In this document: in pieces, positions 18,952-28,905 of the stretch
Position numbering within the stretch: the first letter of the stretch is position 1
Layout of the letters: each line of letters opens with the position of its first letter
Origin: an uncultured bacterium
Lineage (GTDB): Bacteria > Bacteroidota > Bacteroidia > Chitinophagales > Chitinophagaceae
Direction: 5' to 3'
Assembly: GCA_903920455.1 (NCBI GenBank)
Contig: CAIXLY010000079.1
Coordinates: 25,937 to 89,936 of the forward strand
DNA length: 64,000 nt
Position numbers and translations under genes: made by a program
The notes under the pieces: model-generated
Told to the model about the DNA's origin: nothing
The model's database searches: none
The model's input: only the letters and a program-made list of their open reading frames with translations

Positions 18952-21462
18952 ATGGCCAAATCAAAATTTGTAGTTGATAATGAGAGTGAGACTGGCGTAT
19001 CTGGTCAGTATAAGAGCTGGTTTCTGGATTATGCTTCATATGTAATTTTGGAACGTGCAGTTCCAGAGATAGCAGATGGGGTTAAGCCAGTTCAGCGCAG
19101 GATACTTCATGCGATGAAGGAGATGGATGACGGCAGACTGAATAAGGCGGCAAACATTATCGGACAAACCATGCAGTATCATCCACATGGTGATGCGAGC
19201 ATACAAGATGCATTGGTCAATCTGGGCCAGAAAGATTTGCTTGTTGAAACTCAAGGAAACTGGGGTGATGTTAGAACAGGAGATGATGCAGCTGCGGCAA
19301 GATATATTGAAGCCCGTCTTAGCAAATTTGCATTAGAGGTTGCATTCAATGCAAAAACAACCCAGTGGCAGTTGAGTTATGATGGTAGAAAAAAGGAGCC
19401 GATAAATTTGCCAATGAAGTTTCCTCTTCTACTTGCACAAGGTGCAGAAGGGATTGCAGTGGGGTTGTCTACCAAGATACTTCCTCACAATTTCAATGAA
19501 CTTATTGACGCTTCTATCAAGCACCTCAAAGGGAAAAAGTTTGAATTATTTCCAGACTTTCAAACTGGCGGAATGATTGACGTCACCAATTACAACGATG
19601 GAAAAAGAGGGGGTAGAATTCGTTGTAGGGCTCACATGCAAGAGGTGGATAAAAAAAGTATTTCTATCAAGGATGTGCCTTATGGGGTAACCACTTCCCA
19701 ATTGATGGAGTCGATTGTTAAAGCAAACGACCAAGGAAAAATAAAAATTAAAAAGGTCACCGACAACACTGCTGCAGAAGTTGAAGTGATTGTAGAACTT
19801 GCAGCAGGTATTTCAGCGGATAATACCATTGATGCATTATATGCATTTACTGATTGTGAGGTGAGCATTGCACCCAATGCCTGTGTGATTGTAGAACAGA
19901 AACCACTTTTTCTTACCGTTGCTGAGTTGCTTCGCATTTCAGCCGACAATACAAAGGAGCTGCTGAGGCAGGAGTTAGAAATTAGACTTGCCGAACTCTT
20001 GGAGAAATGGCACTTCACTTCACTGGAAAGAATCTTCTTTGAAGAACAGATCTATAAGGAATTAGAAAAGAAACATCAAGATTGGGATAAGGTACTGGAG
20101 TCAATTCAAAAAGGATTTGATCCTTTTAAAAAGTTATTCAAGCGAGAGATTTCAAAGGAGGATGTTATTAAGCTTACTGAAAAACCAGTTCGCCGAATAT
20201 ATAAGCTTGATATTGATGAGCTTAATGCGCAAATAAAGGGAATTGAAGTTGAAATAAAAGAGACTAAAAACCACTTGGCGAATCTTACGGAGTATGCAAT
20301 CGCTTACTACCAAGGCTTACAAGATAAATATGGTAAGGGCAAGGAACGAAAGACTGAAATCAAACCCTTTGATGTTATACAAGCCAGGCAAGTTGCAATC
20401 GCCAATGTTAGGTTATACATGAACAGGGCTGAGGGTTTCATTGGTACAAGCTTGAAAAAAGATGAATTTGTAGCCGAGTGTTCTGATCTTGATGACATCA
20501 TCGTTTTTACAAGAAGAGGCATAATGAAAGTGGTGAAGGTGGATGATAAGGCCTACATCGGCAAGGATATTATCTATGCTGCTATCTTTCAGAAAAATGA
20601 TGATCGGTTTACCTATAACATGATTTATACGGATGGTGAAACTGGCATATCCTATGCCAAACGTTTTAATGTTACAGGAATTACACGTGATAAAGAGTAC
20701 GACCTGACAAAGGGCTCGGATAAATCCAAGGTAAATTATTTCAGCGCAAACCCCAATGGGGAGGCAGAATCGGTTATTGTTGTATTAAGTCCAAATTGTA
20801 GCGCGCGAATTAAACAATTGGAATTTTATTTTGAAACACTTGACATCAAGGGAAGAAGTTCAGTGGGTAACCAGGTTACAAAATATCCGATCAAGAATGT
20901 TAAAATAAAAGATGCTGGCAAATCTACTTTAGGTGGACGAGAGCTTTGGTTTGATGACCAGTTCGGGAGGTTGAATACGGATAGCAAGGGACTGCACCTT
21001 GGTAGTTTTCAGCCCGAGGATCAACTGCTGGTTTTATATCGTCAGGGATATTATGAGATTACCAATACTGAAATCAACCAACGTTTTGATGTAGACAAGT
21101 TGATGAAGATTGAAAAATTCGATCCAAAGAAAATTGTAACTGCAGTCTATCTCGATAACGAAAAACTGCAGTTTAATGTGAAGCGGTTTAAAATTGAAAC
21201 TACCACGCTTAACAATAAATTTTATTTCATCAAAGAGGCTGAAGGCAATTATCTTGAAGCCATTTCTACTGCAGCAAGTCCTGTAGCAGTTATTCGTTCT
21301 GGCCGTGGTGCTCAGGCGAGAGAGTCAAAAGTGAAAGTGGGAGACTTTGTTGAGGTAATGGGATGGAAGGCCTTGGGCAATAAGCTGACTGACTTTACAA
21401 AAAGTACAGAAATTAAATGGCTGGCTGACGAGGCAGGGAAAAAACAGGCAGAACTTTTTTAG
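18952..21462 (+). CDS. parC: DNA topoisomerase IV subunit A
   Basis: RAVPEIADGVKPVQRRIL, HPHGD, AAARYIEARL (catalytic Tyr), NFNELI. ATG at 18952. Confidence 0.93.
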   Translation: MAKSKFVVDNESETGVSGQYKSWFLDYASYVILERAVPEIADGVKPVQRRILHAMKEMDDGRLNKAANIIGQTMQYHPHGDASIQDALVNLGQKDLLVETQGNWGDVRTGDDAAAARYIEARLSKFALEVAFNAKTTQWQLSYDGRKKEPINLPMKFPLLLAQGAEGIAVGLSTKILPHNFNELIDASIKHLKGKKFELFPDFQTGGMIDVTNYNDGKRGGRIRCRAHMQEVDKKSISIKDVPYGVTTSQLMESIVKANDQGKIKIKKVTDNTAAEVEVIVELAAGISADNTIDALYAFTDCEVSIAPNACVIVEQKPLFLTVAELLRISADNTKELLRQELEIRLAELLEKWHFTSLERIFFEEQIYKELEKKHQDWDKVLESIQKGFDPFKKLFKREISKEDVIKLTEKPVRRIYKLDIDELNAQIKGIEVEIKETKNHLANLTEYAIAYYQGLQDKYGKGKERKTEIKPFDVIQARQVAIANVRLYMNRAEGFIGTSLKKDEFVAECSDLDDIIVFTRRGIMKVVKVDDKAYIGKDIIYAAIFQKNDDRFTYNMIYTDGETGISYAKRFNVTGITRDKEYDLTKGSDKSKVNYFSANPNGEAESVIVVLSPNCSARIKQLEFYFETLDIKGRSSVGNQVTKYPIKNVKIKDAGKSTLGGRELWFDDQFGRLNTDSKGLHLGSFQPEDQLLVLYRQGYYEITNTEINQRFDVDKLMKIEKFDPKKIVTAVYLDNEKLQFNVKRFKIETTTLNNKFYFIKEAEGNYLEAISTAASPVAVIRSGRGAQARESKVKVGDFVEVMGWKALGNKLTDFTKSTEIKWLADEAGKKQAELF

Positions 21463-21586
21463 GATATTGCATGAGCATAGGCATGGGGTAACGTATTGCC
21501 GACTATGCCTTATATTTGTACAGTGTTTGTTTATTAAGTGATGTTGACATAGTGGGGATTGATATTTTTTAACACAATCGGTTCAA

Positions 21587-22504
21587 ATGCCTCTTAATCA
21601 AGAAGACGAATTTAGTGCTCAGTTTTCAGGCTCACTGCCTGTGCAGGAAACCACTTCAAACAGCTGGTTTAAACGGGGGAAGAGGGGTATAAGTACAACC
21701 ACCTCAGAAAAGAAGGAAGCTCCAGATGGTTTGTGGACCAAATGTCCTGACTGCAAGTATACTTGCACCACCGTGGAGCTAAAGGAAAATCTCTCCGTTT
21801 GTCCCCAGTGCAACCATCATCACAGAATTGGCAGCGAGGAATACTTTGATATTCTTTTTGATGATCATCAGCATACTGAACTCTTTGCAGAGGTTAGGTC
21901 AGTCGATTTTCTTGGCTTTAATGACCTCAAGCCCTATAAAAAAAGATTGGTTGAGGCGTATGACAAGACCGGATTACATGACTCAATTACTTCATCCGTT
22001 GGAAAAGTAGGTGGTCGTGACCTCTTGGTGTGTTGTATGGACTTTAATTTCATTGGAGGATCTCTGGGTAGTGTGATGGGTGAAAAGATTGCCAGATCTG
22101 CGGATTACTGCCTTGAGCATAGGATACCGCTCATGATAATCAGTAAGAGTGGTGGAGCGAGAATGATGGAAAGTGCGTTCTCGCTGATGCAACTTCCCAA
22201 AACACTAGGAAAGATAAGCAGGCTTGCAGTAGCAGGCATCCCATATATCTCCCTTTGTACCGATCCCACCTATGGTGGAACAACCGCATCATTTGCTATG
22301 GTTGGTGACATCAATATAGGTGAACCCAGGGCCATGATTGGTTTTGCAGGTCCACGGGTTATCAGGGAAACAATCAAAAGAGACCTTCCGGAAGGGTTTC
22401 AGACCTCCGAATTTGTCTTGGAACATGGATTTCTCGATATGATTGTAGGTCGCAAAGAGCTGAAAGACCGAATTTCAGTCCTTCTTGGCCTATTTGCAGG
22501 CTAA
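21587..22504 (+). CDS. accD: Acetyl-CoA carboxylase carboxyltransferase beta subunit
   Basis: C4 zinc finger CPDC..CPQC, GGSLGSVMGEK, SGGARMME, GFAGPRVI. Confidence 0.97.
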   Translation: MPLNQEDEFSAQFSGSLPVQETTSNSWFKRGKRGISTTTSEKKEAPDGLWTKCPDCKYTCTTVELKENLSVCPQCNHHHRIGSEEYFDILFDDHQHTELFAEVRSVDFLGFNDLKPYKKRLVEAYDKTGLHDSITSSVGKVGGRDLLVCCMDFNFIGGSLGSVMGEKIARSADYCLEHRIPLMIISKSGGARMMESAFSLMQLPKTLGKISRLAVAGIPYISLCTDPTYGGTTASFAMVGDINIGEPRAMIGFAGPRVIRETIKRDLPEGFQTSEFVLEHGFLDMIVGRKELKDRISVLLGLFAG

Positions 22505-22534
22505 TTTTTCAAAAAAGGGATCTTCCCTTGTATT

Positions 22535-22969
22535 ATGGAAATCAGGAATAAAAATGCAACATTCGAGTATTTCATCGAGGATAAATTCGATGCTGGAATG
22601 ATATTGACTGGTACTGAAGTCAAGGCCTTGCGCGATGGCCGAGTTAGTTTTAATGATAGCTATTGTCTCATTGATCACAATGAACTATACATTAAGGGAC
22701 TTCATATCTCTCCCTATGAGTTTGGCAGTTATGCCAATCATCCTCCTTTAAGAGACCGAAAGCTTCTTCTCAAGAAAAAAGAGTTGAATAGGATCATACA
22801 GAAACTCAAGGAGAAGGGACTCACCATAGTGCCCTTGAAAATCTATTTTAATGAACGGGGTTTTGCAAAGATCCAAATTGGTCTCGGAAAAGGGAAAAAG
22901 CTGTACGACAAGCGCGATACGATTAAGCAGCGTGAATCAGAGCGAGAAATCAAAAGATACCTCAAGTAG
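22535..22969 (+). CDS. smpB: SsrA-binding protein
   Basis: LTGTEVKALR, RKLLLKKKE, GKGKKLYDKR. Confidence 0.97.
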   Translation: MEIRNKNATFEYFIEDKFDAGMILTGTEVKALRDGRVSFNDSYCLIDHNELYIKGLHISPYEFGSYANHPPLRDRKLLLKKKELNRIIQKLKEKGLTIVPLKIYFNERGFAKIQIGLGKGKKLYDKRDTIKQRESEREIKRYLK

Positions 22970-23042
22970 CCGTTTTGCCAATGATTGTCCAACTTTTGCA
23001 TGTTTTTTGGAATTCTTGCTATTTTTTCTGAAATTTGACTAA

Positions 23043-23096
23043 ATGAAATTAAATCAAACAAACAACGGTTGGCATATCATACCTTTTCAGGGGTAG
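23043..23096 (+). CDS. Attenuator leader peptide MKLNQTNNGWHIIPFQG (17 aa) with adjacent Trp-His codons
   Basis: ATG 23043, TGG 23070-72, CAT 23073-75, TAG 23094-96, directly upstream of the terminator and trpE. Confidence 0.75.
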   Translation: MKLNQTNNGWHIIPFQG

Positions 23097-23155
23097 TGCC
23101 TATGTTATTTGTTCACATAAGTAAAGCCCCGATATATCATCGGGGCTTTTATTTT
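23071..23155 (+). promoter_or_regulatory. Transcription attenuator (1:2 protector, 2:3 antiterminator, 3:4 terminator)
   Basis: 1:2 = GGCAT(23071-75)/GTGCC(23096-100) plus TACC/GGTA; 2:3 = GGGGT(23090-94)/GCCCC(23126-30) enclosing TATGT/ACATA; 3:4 = the terminator. Confidence 0.75.
23123..23155 (+). terminator. Attenuator terminator
   Basis: AAAGCCCCGAT-ATATC-ATCGGGGCTTT, 11-bp stem, followed by TATTTT, 14 nt before the trpE ATG. Confidence 0.9.
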
Positions 23156-23169
23156 AAATTAATTCCGAA

Positions 23170-24645
23170 ATGGAGAATCAGAATCAGGTTAGTGTTAAGA
23201 CTTCAGTCCGAAAAATGGCTGCAGATCTGTTTACACCCGTTGGCATCTACCTAAGGTTAAGGGATCGGTTCAGGGATACCATCTTGCTTGAGAGTACAGA
23301 TCATCATACGGCAGAAAATAGTTTTTCCTTTATTGCTATCAATGCTATTGGTGGTATTGAAATCTCATCCGATAACAAGGTTGAGTATAAGTATCCAGGG
23401 ATGCTGCCCCAACAAATTAGTTTGGGTGAAGATGCTTCCGTTCCCGATTTGGTATGGTCTTATATGCAGGGATACAATGTGGAGGCCGGAGAAAAGCAAC
23501 TTAAGTTTGCCCAGGGTTTATTTGGCTATACGGCCTACGACGCAATACCTTTCTTTGAAACCATTGCATTCAATAAGAAGCCCTATCGCATCAAGCAAAA
23601 TAACGATGTAAGTGGGGCCCAGATAGATCAAGCAATTCCATTGATGAGATATCGTTTCTATCAGTATGTTATTGCTATAGATCATTTTAGGGATGAGTTG
23701 TATCTGCTGGAAAATCATGTACCCAGCTTGCCAGGAAATAAGCAACTGGTTGAAGAGGTGATCTTGAGTAGGGATCTTCCTCAATATCCATTTGAGACGA
23801 TTGGAGACGAGACCTCTAACCTAACTAATCAAGAGTACCTTGAAATGGTTGAGAAAGGGATTGCTCACTGTTTCAGAGGCGATGTTTTTCAGATTGTGTT
23901 GAGCCGCAGATTTGAGCAGTCATTCAAAGGGGATGAGTTTAACGTATACCGAGCACTGCGCATGATCAATCCATCTCCTTATCTTTTCTTCTTCGATTAT
24001 GGTGATTACAAATTGATGGGGTCATCACCAGAGAGTCAGTTGATTATCGCCAACGATAAAGCCATCGTTCATCCAATTGCTGGTACATTCAAGCGAACCG
24101 GTGATGATACAGTGGATCGAAAAGAGGCAGAGCGATTATTGGAAGATCCAAAAGAAAATGCAGAGCATGTGATGTTGGTGGATTTGGCAAGGAATGATCT
24201 TAGTCGGGTTTGTGAAAAAGTTGAAGTTGCTCAATATCGTCAAGTTAAATATTATTCGCATGTTATTCATCTTGTCAGTGAGGTGGTGGCCAATGTGACG
24301 AAAGGTTCCAATCCAGTGATGCTGATGGCTAAAACATTTCCTGCTGGTACCTTGAGTGGGGCTCCTAAGTTTCGTGCAATGCAACTCATCGATCAATATG
24401 AGAAAACATCCAGGTCTTTTTATGGTGGAGCCATTGGCTTTATGGGATTTGATGGTTCGTCCAATCAAGCTATCTTGATTAGGAGTTTCCTTAGTAAGAA
24501 CAATACACTTTTTTATCAGGCCGGTGCAGGTGTTGTGGCTTCTAGTGTGCCTGAAAGTGAATTGCAAGAAGTGAACAATAAACTCGGGGCCTTAAAAATG
24601 GCAGTGATTTATGCTAGCGAAATAAATGTTGACAGGTCAAACTAA
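23170..24645 (+). CDS. trpE: Anthranilate synthase component I
   Basis: LLES, GDVFQIVLS, NPSPY, PIAGT, KENAEHVMLVDLARND, FPAGTLSGAPK, QAGAGVV. Confidence 0.96.
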   Translation: MENQNQVSVKTSVRKMAADLFTPVGIYLRLRDRFRDTILLESTDHHTAENSFSFIAINAIGGIEISSDNKVEYKYPGMLPQQISLGEDASVPDLVWSYMQGYNVEAGEKQLKFAQGLFGYTAYDAIPFFETIAFNKKPYRIKQNNDVSGAQIDQAIPLMRYRFYQYVIAIDHFRDELYLLENHVPSLPGNKQLVEEVILSRDLPQYPFETIGDETSNLTNQEYLEMVEKGIAHCFRGDVFQIVLSRRFEQSFKGDEFNVYRALRMINPSPYLFFFDYGDYKLMGSSPESQLIIANDKAIVHPIAGTFKRTGDDTVDRKEAERLLEDPKENAEHVMLVDLARNDLSRVCEKVEVAQYRQVKYYSHVIHLVSEVVANVTKGSNPVMLMAKTFPAGTLSGAPKFRAMQLIDQYEKTSRSFYGGAIGFMGFDGSSNQAILIRSFLSKNNTLFYQAGAGVVASSVPESELQEVNNKLGALKMAVIYASEINVDRSN

Positions 24646-24656
24646 AATAATATACG

Positions 24657-25265
24657 ATGCCTTTGAAAAAATTACTGGTACTTGACAATTACGATTCCTT
24701 CACGTACAACTTAGTTCATCTTGCTCTAGAAATACTAGGGGATGGGGTTGATGTATTTAGAAATGATGAGATATCTATCGAGGATGCTGGGAAGTATGAA
24801 AAAATTCTTCTTTCACCTGGTCCGGGTATCCCTGAAGAGGCGGGAATTTTGTTGCCACTGATCCGAACGTATGCATCAAATCATTCTATGTTTGGAGTAT
24901 GTTTAGGTCATCAGGCAATTGGAGAGGCTTTTGGCGGACAATTGGCAAATCTTTCATCTGTTTATCATGGAGTCTCAACTCCAATAACATTGGAAAATAA
25001 CATTGCAGAATCGTCATTTCACAATGATTGGTTTTTGAATTTGAAGAGCCCTCTTGAGGTTGGTCGATATCACAGCTGGGTCGTAGAAGATGAAAGATTT
25101 CCTACTGAGCTTGAAGTTACTTCTAGGGATGGCAAAGGCATGATCATGTCGCTTCGACACAGAAAATTTGATGTTCAGGGTGTTCAATTTCATCCTGAGA
25201 GCGTGCTCACGCGAGATGGAAAGACTATGTTAAACAACTGGTTAAACAATAGGGCTATCCTATAA
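24657..25265 (+). CDS. trpG: Anthranilate synthase component II (glutamine amidotransferase)
   Basis: DNYDSFTYN, SPGPG, GVCLGHQ, RYHS, QFHPES. Confidence 0.96.
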   Translation: MPLKKLLVLDNYDSFTYNLVHLALEILGDGVDVFRNDEISIEDAGKYEKILLSPGPGIPEEAGILLPLIRTYASNHSMFGVCLGHQAIGEAFGGQLANLSSVYHGVSTPITLENNIAESSFHNDWFLNLKSPLEVGRYHSWVVEDERFPTELEVTSRDGKGMIMSLRHRKFDVQGVQFHPESVLTRDGKTMLNNWLNNRAIL

Positions 25266-25276
25266 ATTATAGCACC

Positions 25277-26272
25277 ATGAAACAAATTCTAAATTATTTA
25301 TTTGAACATAAAGTGCTTTCGCGTGAGTACGCAAAGCAGATCATGCTTGATTTGGGAATGGGGAAATTCAATGATCACGAATTAAGTGCTTTGATGACTG
25401 TCTTTCTTATGCGCAGCATAGCTCTTTCTGAACTGCAAGGATTCCGCGACGCATTGTTAGAGCTTGCAGTACCTATTAATTTTGAGGAGCGTAAGGTAAT
25501 GGATATCGTAGGAACTGGTGGAGATGGAAAAAATACCTTTAATATCTCAACACTTTCATGTTTCATAGTTGCTGGGGCAGGACAGCCTGTTGCCAAGCAT
25601 GGGAGTTATGGTTCAAGTTCTGTGAGTGGAGCTTCAAATTTGATGGATTCTTTAGGCTACAAGTTCAAGAATGATGAATCTGTTCTTCGAAATGAGATCG
25701 ACCAAACAAATATGTGCTTTTTGCATGCACCTATCTTTCATCCTGCACTCAAAGCCGTCGCCCCCATCAGAAAGAACCTTGGGATACGAACTTTTTTCAA
25801 TATGCTTGGTCCGATTGTAAATCCGTCTAGCCCAACATTTCAGCTAGTTGGCGTGTATAATCTTGAGATTGCAAGGATGTATAATTATTTCTTTCAAGGC
25901 GAAGCCAGGAAGTATGCAATCATTCACTCTTTGGATGGCTACGATGAGATCTCTCTGACTGCAGATGTCAAATCCTTTTCTCCAGCCGGGGAAAAAATAT
26001 ATTCTCCAGAACAACTTGCGGGACTTAGAGTTGATGGTGCTGATATTTATGGTGGGGAGTCTGTACAGGAAGCATCTTCAATATTTATGAAAATTCTTCA
26101 AGGGGAAGGTACACCCTCCCAAAATGCTGTTGTCATTTCAAATGCGGCAATGGCACTTTCTCTTAATGATGATTTTGGTGATTATCAGGCGGCAAGAGAT
26201 GCCGCAAATGAAAGTCTTGAATCCGGTAAGGCATATATGACGCTTAAACAACTATTGGCTCTCCAAGCTTAA
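25277..26272 (+). CDS. trpD: Anthranilate phosphoribosyltransferase
   Basis: DIVGTGGDGKNTFNIST, KHG, FFNMLGP, DGYDE. Confidence 0.97.
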   Translation: MKQILNYLFEHKVLSREYAKQIMLDLGMGKFNDHELSALMTVFLMRSIALSELQGFRDALLELAVPINFEERKVMDIVGTGGDGKNTFNISTLSCFIVAGAGQPVAKHGSYGSSSVSGASNLMDSLGYKFKNDESVLRNEIDQTNMCFLHAPIFHPALKAVAPIRKNLGIRTFFNMLGPIVNPSSPTFQLVGVYNLEIARMYNYFFQGEARKYAIIHSLDGYDEISLTADVKSFSPAGEKIYSPEQLAGLRVDGADIYGGESVQEASSIFMKILQGEGTPSQNAVVISNAAMALSLNDDFGDYQAARDAANESLESGKAYMTLKQLLALQA

Positions 26273-26277
26273 TTGAG

Positions 26278-27057
26278 ATGAATATATTAGACACGATAAT
26301 TGAAAAAAAAAGAAACGAGGTTTCTGAAAGAAAGCTTAGGGTTGCTTTATCTGATCTTCAGCAGAGACCTTATTATTCAAGAAATACTTATTCGCTAGTA
26401 AATACATTGAAGGGAGCAGATGCCTCAGGCATTATAGCAGAATTCAAGAGAAAGTCGCCTTCAAAAGGGATCATTAATGATCAAGCCGACGTAGTTCAAG
26501 TTGCGACTGCGTATCAGGATGCAGGGGCATCTGCAGTTTCTGTATTGACAGATGAATCTTTCTTTGGTGGATCTGATGCTGATTTACTTGCCATCAGGCC
26601 ATTCCTTCAAATTCCAATTCTGAGAAAAGAGTTTATCGTTGACCAATACCAGATTCACGAGGCAAAATCAATTGGCGCCGATTTAATTCTCCTGATTGCA
26701 GCCTGTCTTAGTCCAACTGAAGTAAAAGAATTGTCCACTTTAGCCCAAGCAATAGGTCTTGAGGTCTTGCTTGAACTGCATGATGAGGATGAATTAGGTC
26801 ATATCTGCGATACGGTTAATCTTGTTGGGATAAACAATCGAAGCCTCAAGACGTTTGATGTAAATATTGAAAGAAGTTTAATGATGGCAAAGCAGATTCC
26901 AGAGGATAAGATGAAGGTAGCCGAAAGTGGGATTGATGATCCAGGCCAAGTGAAGTTGTTTCGGAATGATGGCTACAATGCTTTTTTGATTGGTGAAAAC
27001 TTTATGAAAACAACTAATCCAGGATTAGCGCTAAGTCAGTTTATAGAAAATATTTAA
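26278..27057 (+). CDS. trpC: Indole-3-glycerol phosphate synthase
   Basis: IAEFKRKSPSKG, SVLTD, LRKEF, GINNR, AESGI. Confidence 0.97.
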   Translation: MNILDTIIEKKRNEVSERKLRVALSDLQQRPYYSRNTYSLVNTLKGADASGIIAEFKRKSPSKGIINDQADVVQVATAYQDAGASAVSVLTDESFFGGSDADLLAIRPFLQIPILRKEFIVDQYQIHEAKSIGADLILLIAACLSPTEVKELSTLAQAIGLEVLLELHDEDELGHICDTVNLVGINNRSLKTFDVNIERSLMMAKQIPEDKMKVAESGIDDPGQVKLFRNDGYNAFLIGENFMKTTNPGLALSQFIENI

Positions 27058-27059
27058 TC

Positions 27060-27698
27060 ATGAGAATAAAGGTATGCGGAATGACCAGTATTGTTCAGCT
27101 CAAAGAGCTGGAAGAGATGGGTGTGGATTTCGCAGGCCTCATTTTTTATTCACGTTCACCAAGATACGCCACCCGCGGAGGTCTCACGCCCGAGGTATTG
27201 AAAAAAGAAAAGCTTAGGATAAACCGAATTGGAGTTTTTGTTAATGAGACGATTGAAATGGTGCTAAAGACCGTGGATGCTTGGAAGCTCGATATGGTTC
27301 AGTTGCATGGTGATGAATCTCCAATTTTTTGTGAGAAAATCAGTAATCATGTGAACACTATCAAAGCGTTTAGGGTAAGTAGTGAGGATAATATTCCCTA
27401 CAAGGTTTCCCCTTTTTCAGAAGCTACAGATCTTTTTCTATACGACACCATGGGAAAACAGTATGGCGGAACTGGGGAGCAGTTCAGCTGGGATCTATTG
27501 GACAATGCCAAGCTCTCCAAGTCATATTTTTTAAGTGGCGGAATTGGTCCTGATGATCTCGATAAAATCAAGGACTTTTGTATAAACCAGGACAAACTAT
27601 TCTCCTTGGATCTCAACAGTAAATTCGAGACTTCTCCTGGCGTTAAGGACATGACTGTTTTAAAACGATTTGTAGAAAGCATAAAAAATAACAATTAA
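27060..27698 (+). CDS. trpF: Phosphoribosylanthranilate isomerase
   Basis: KVCG, SPR, GVFVN, QLHGDE, GGTG, LSGGI, DLNSKFE. Confidence 0.96.
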   Translation: MRIKVCGMTSIVQLKELEEMGVDFAGLIFYSRSPRYATRGGLTPEVLKKEKLRINRIGVFVNETIEMVLKTVDAWKLDMVQLHGDESPIFCEKISNHVNTIKAFRVSSEDNIPYKVSPFSEATDLFLYDTMGKQYGGTGEQFSWDLLDNAKLSKSYFLSGGIGPDDLDKIKDFCINQDKLFSLDLNSKFETSPGVKDMTVLKRFVESIKNNN

Positions 27699-27699
27699 G

Positions 27700-28893
27700 A
27701 TGGTACAAGTTTTTTCAAAGCCAGACGAAAATGGCTATTACGGTGAATTTGGTGGAGCCTATATTCCTGAAATGCTTTACCAAAATGTAGAACATTTGAA
27801 ATCTGCTTATTTGTCCATCATCGGGGATCCAGTATTTCAAAAAGAGTTTCACGCATTGTTGAAAGATTATGTTGGAAGACCCACACCGCTTTTTCTTGCT
27901 GAACGTTTGAGTGAACGTTTTGGGTCGACGATCTATCTTAAAAGAGAAGACCTTTGTCATACTGGGGCTCATAAAATTAATAATACCATTGGACAGATTC
28001 TTCTTGCTCAACGTTTGGGCAAGACAAGAATTATCGCTGAAACAGGTGCCGGACAACATGGAGTTGCTACTGCAACAGTTTGTGCACTAAAGGGAATGGA
28101 ATGTATTGTGTATATGGGCGAAAAAGATATCCAACGCCAGGCTCCTAATGTGGCACGCATGAAAATGTTAGGCGCCAAAGTTATTCCTGCAACAAGTGGA
28201 AGCAAGACACTTAAAGATGCTACAAATGAGGCAATTCGGGATTGGATAAACAATCCTGTTGATACCCATTACATCATTGGTTCGGTTGTTGGGCCACATC
28301 CATATCCAGATATGGTTTCTATTTTTCAATCTGTCATCAGTGCTGAAATTCGGGTTCAGTTAAAAGAAAAAACTGGAAACGAATTGCCAACACGGGTTAT
28401 TGCCTGCGTTGGTGGTGGTAGCAATGCTGCAGGTGCTTTCTATCATTTCTTGGATGAACCCGCAGTTGAAATTGTTTCTGTTGAAGCAGCTGGGCATGGC
28501 GTGAACAGTGGAATGAGTGCTGCCACTACACAGCTTGGAGTTCCAGGTATCTTGCATGGCAGCAAAAGTATTGTGATGCAAACTGCAGACGGACAAGTTG
28601 TTGAGCCTCATAGCATTTCTGCTGGCCTGGATTACCCTGGAATTGGTCCCATGCATGCCAACTTATATACTAGTAAGCGTGCCAGGTTTATGAGCGCCAC
28701 CGATGAAGAAGCCTTAAGCTGGGCTTTTGAGTTATCACGTATGGAAGGAATTATTCCTGCCTTGGAGACCGCACATGCATTTGCAGTATTGGGGGAAATG
28801 GGACTGAAGAAAAATGATGTTAACGTGGTTTGTTTGAGTGGTAGAGGCGACAAAGACCTTTCCACCTATATGAATGCAATGAATGAACAATAA
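27700..28893 (+). CDS. trpB: Tryptophan synthase beta chain
   Basis: [15 protein letters not shown] (PLP lysine), [35 protein letters not shown]. Confidence 0.98.
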   Translation: MVQVFSKPDENGYYGEFGGAYIPEMLYQNVEHLKSAYLSIIGDPVFQKEFHALLKDYVGRPTPLFLAERLSERFGSTIYLKREDLCHTGAHKINNTIGQILLAQRLGKTRIIAETGAGQHGVATATVCALKGMECIVYMGEKDIQRQAPNVARMKMLGAKVIPATSGSKTLKDATNEAIRDWINNPVDTHYIIGSVVGPHPYPDMVSIFQSVISAEIRVQLKEKTGNELPTRVIACVGGGSNAAGAFYHFLDEPAVEIVSVEAAGHGVNSGMSAATTQLGVPGILHGSKSIVMQTADGQVVEPHSISAGLDYPGIGPMHANLYTSKRARFMSATDEEALSWAFELSRMEGIIPALETAHAFAVLGEMGLKKNDVNVVCLSGRGDKDLSTYMNAMNEQ

Positions 28894-28905
28894 AAGTGAA
28901 AAGAA

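Noticed and set aside
21478-21512. Hairpin AGGCAT...GGTAA-CGTA-TTGCC...ATGCCT between parC and accD
   Set aside because: Imperfect stem with no U-tract, overlapping the TATATTTG promoter element of accD; too weak to call as a terminator or ncRNA.
22535-23040. tmRNA next to smpB
   Set aside because: The intergenic space is short and has no tRNA-like ends or tag ORF; ssrA is normally unlinked.
23069-23254. 61-aa ORF starting at TTG 23069 as the trp leader
   Set aside because: It runs through the terminator into trpE in another frame. The real leader is the 17-aa ORF at 23043-23096, whose stop fits the attenuator geometry.
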